Assembly (NCBI GenBank): GCA_050273025.1
Contig: CP158635.1
Coordinates: 7,130,001-7,194,000 of the forward strand
Origin: Cenococcum geophilum
Taxonomy: Eukaryota
Reading direction: 5' to 3'
DNA: 64,000 bases
Shown here: one piece after another, positions 63,501 through 64,000 of the stretch
Layout: every line of letters starts with the position of its first letter
How positions within the stretch are numbered: position 1 is the first letter of the stretch
The notes under the pieces: generated by a model
Told to the model about the DNA's origin: nothing
Database searches by the model: none
What the model saw: only the letters and a program-made list of their open reading frames with translations
Translations under genes and position numbers: made by a program

Positions 63501-63903
63501 TTATATAGTAATAAGGCACCGCCAGAAGTATAATTAACCTTACATTTATAGACGAAGGCCTATATTAGAGACTTAAAAGGTATAACCCTAAAAAAGAATA
63601 GGTACTTATTTTAAATTATATCCCTATCTAAATATTAAGGCGTAACTAAATAGTAAAAGATATATAATAAGAAAGCTTAAGATAAACAGCTTCCTTAACA
63701 TAGTTAAATAACAACTTTAAGACTTAGAAGAAATCTACCCAATATTAAACGAGCGAGGCTTATTGGCTACCCCTAAGGAAATTGACTAAAGACTAAAAAG
63801 GATCTAGGCAGCAATTAAAAACGGGCTAGAAGAGCACTACCCGGTCTTAAAACTGGGCCCCTATACGCGATACGCATAGTCTATATAATGCGCGGTTCGC
63901 CAG
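60523..63903 (+). mobile_element. Tad1-like LINE, 5' part (ORF1 and endonuclease)
   Basis: 5' UTR with an ACCG/ACAG microsatellite (60670-60722), ORF1 with CCHC knuckles ~62260-62440, and APE endonuclease LSII*YNYSN...ILAI*EPY...LLGDINLYYP. The left boundary is approximate. Confidence 0.85.
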
Positions 63904-64000
63904 TATAACGGAACCTTATAGCAAGAACTACGATAGGTTCGTCAATGGGCTAGGTGTGTAGGAAATGTAAGTACAAAAGTCAACAACATAATAACAACTG
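63904..64000 (-). mobile_element. Partial LTR of the same family as the 43603-51553 Gypsy
   Basis: Reverse complement of the LTR 3' end at ~51457-51553. Confidence 0.9.

Overview
Fungal (filamentous ascomycete-type) AT-rich repeat region with no intact protein-coding gene. Almost all of it has been degraded by repeat-induced point mutation (RIP): TpA is in excess, CpA/TpG are depleted, and Trp/Gln/Cys/His codons have become stops or Tyr. Reading through the RIP damage by hand gives four layers. (1) Relics of giant Starship elements: two divergent DUF3435 tyrosine-recombinase 'captain' pseudogenes (41187-51843, split by a Gypsy; 53616-55910), plus patatin, F-box/ankyrin, kinase-like, chromodomain and BTB-type pseudogenes, with candidate TTAC junctions. 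(2) A deep nest of Copia/Gypsy LTR elements with readable LTRs and 5-bp TSDs. (3) Tad1-like LINEs and non-autonomous derivatives. (4) DNA-transposon remnants, including a recent PIF/Harbinger-type MITE. The most striking object is a 3.15-kb mostly non-coding retroelement (2584-5732, minus strand, 16-bp TSD, (TAA)n tail). It starts exactly at the cleavage G of a complete HDV-like ribozyme, carries two diverged copies of a ~213-nt RNA motif with compensatory base changes, and ends in a LINE ORF2 tail. Protein calls come from manual translation and motif recall, not database searches, and pseudogene coordinates are approximate.
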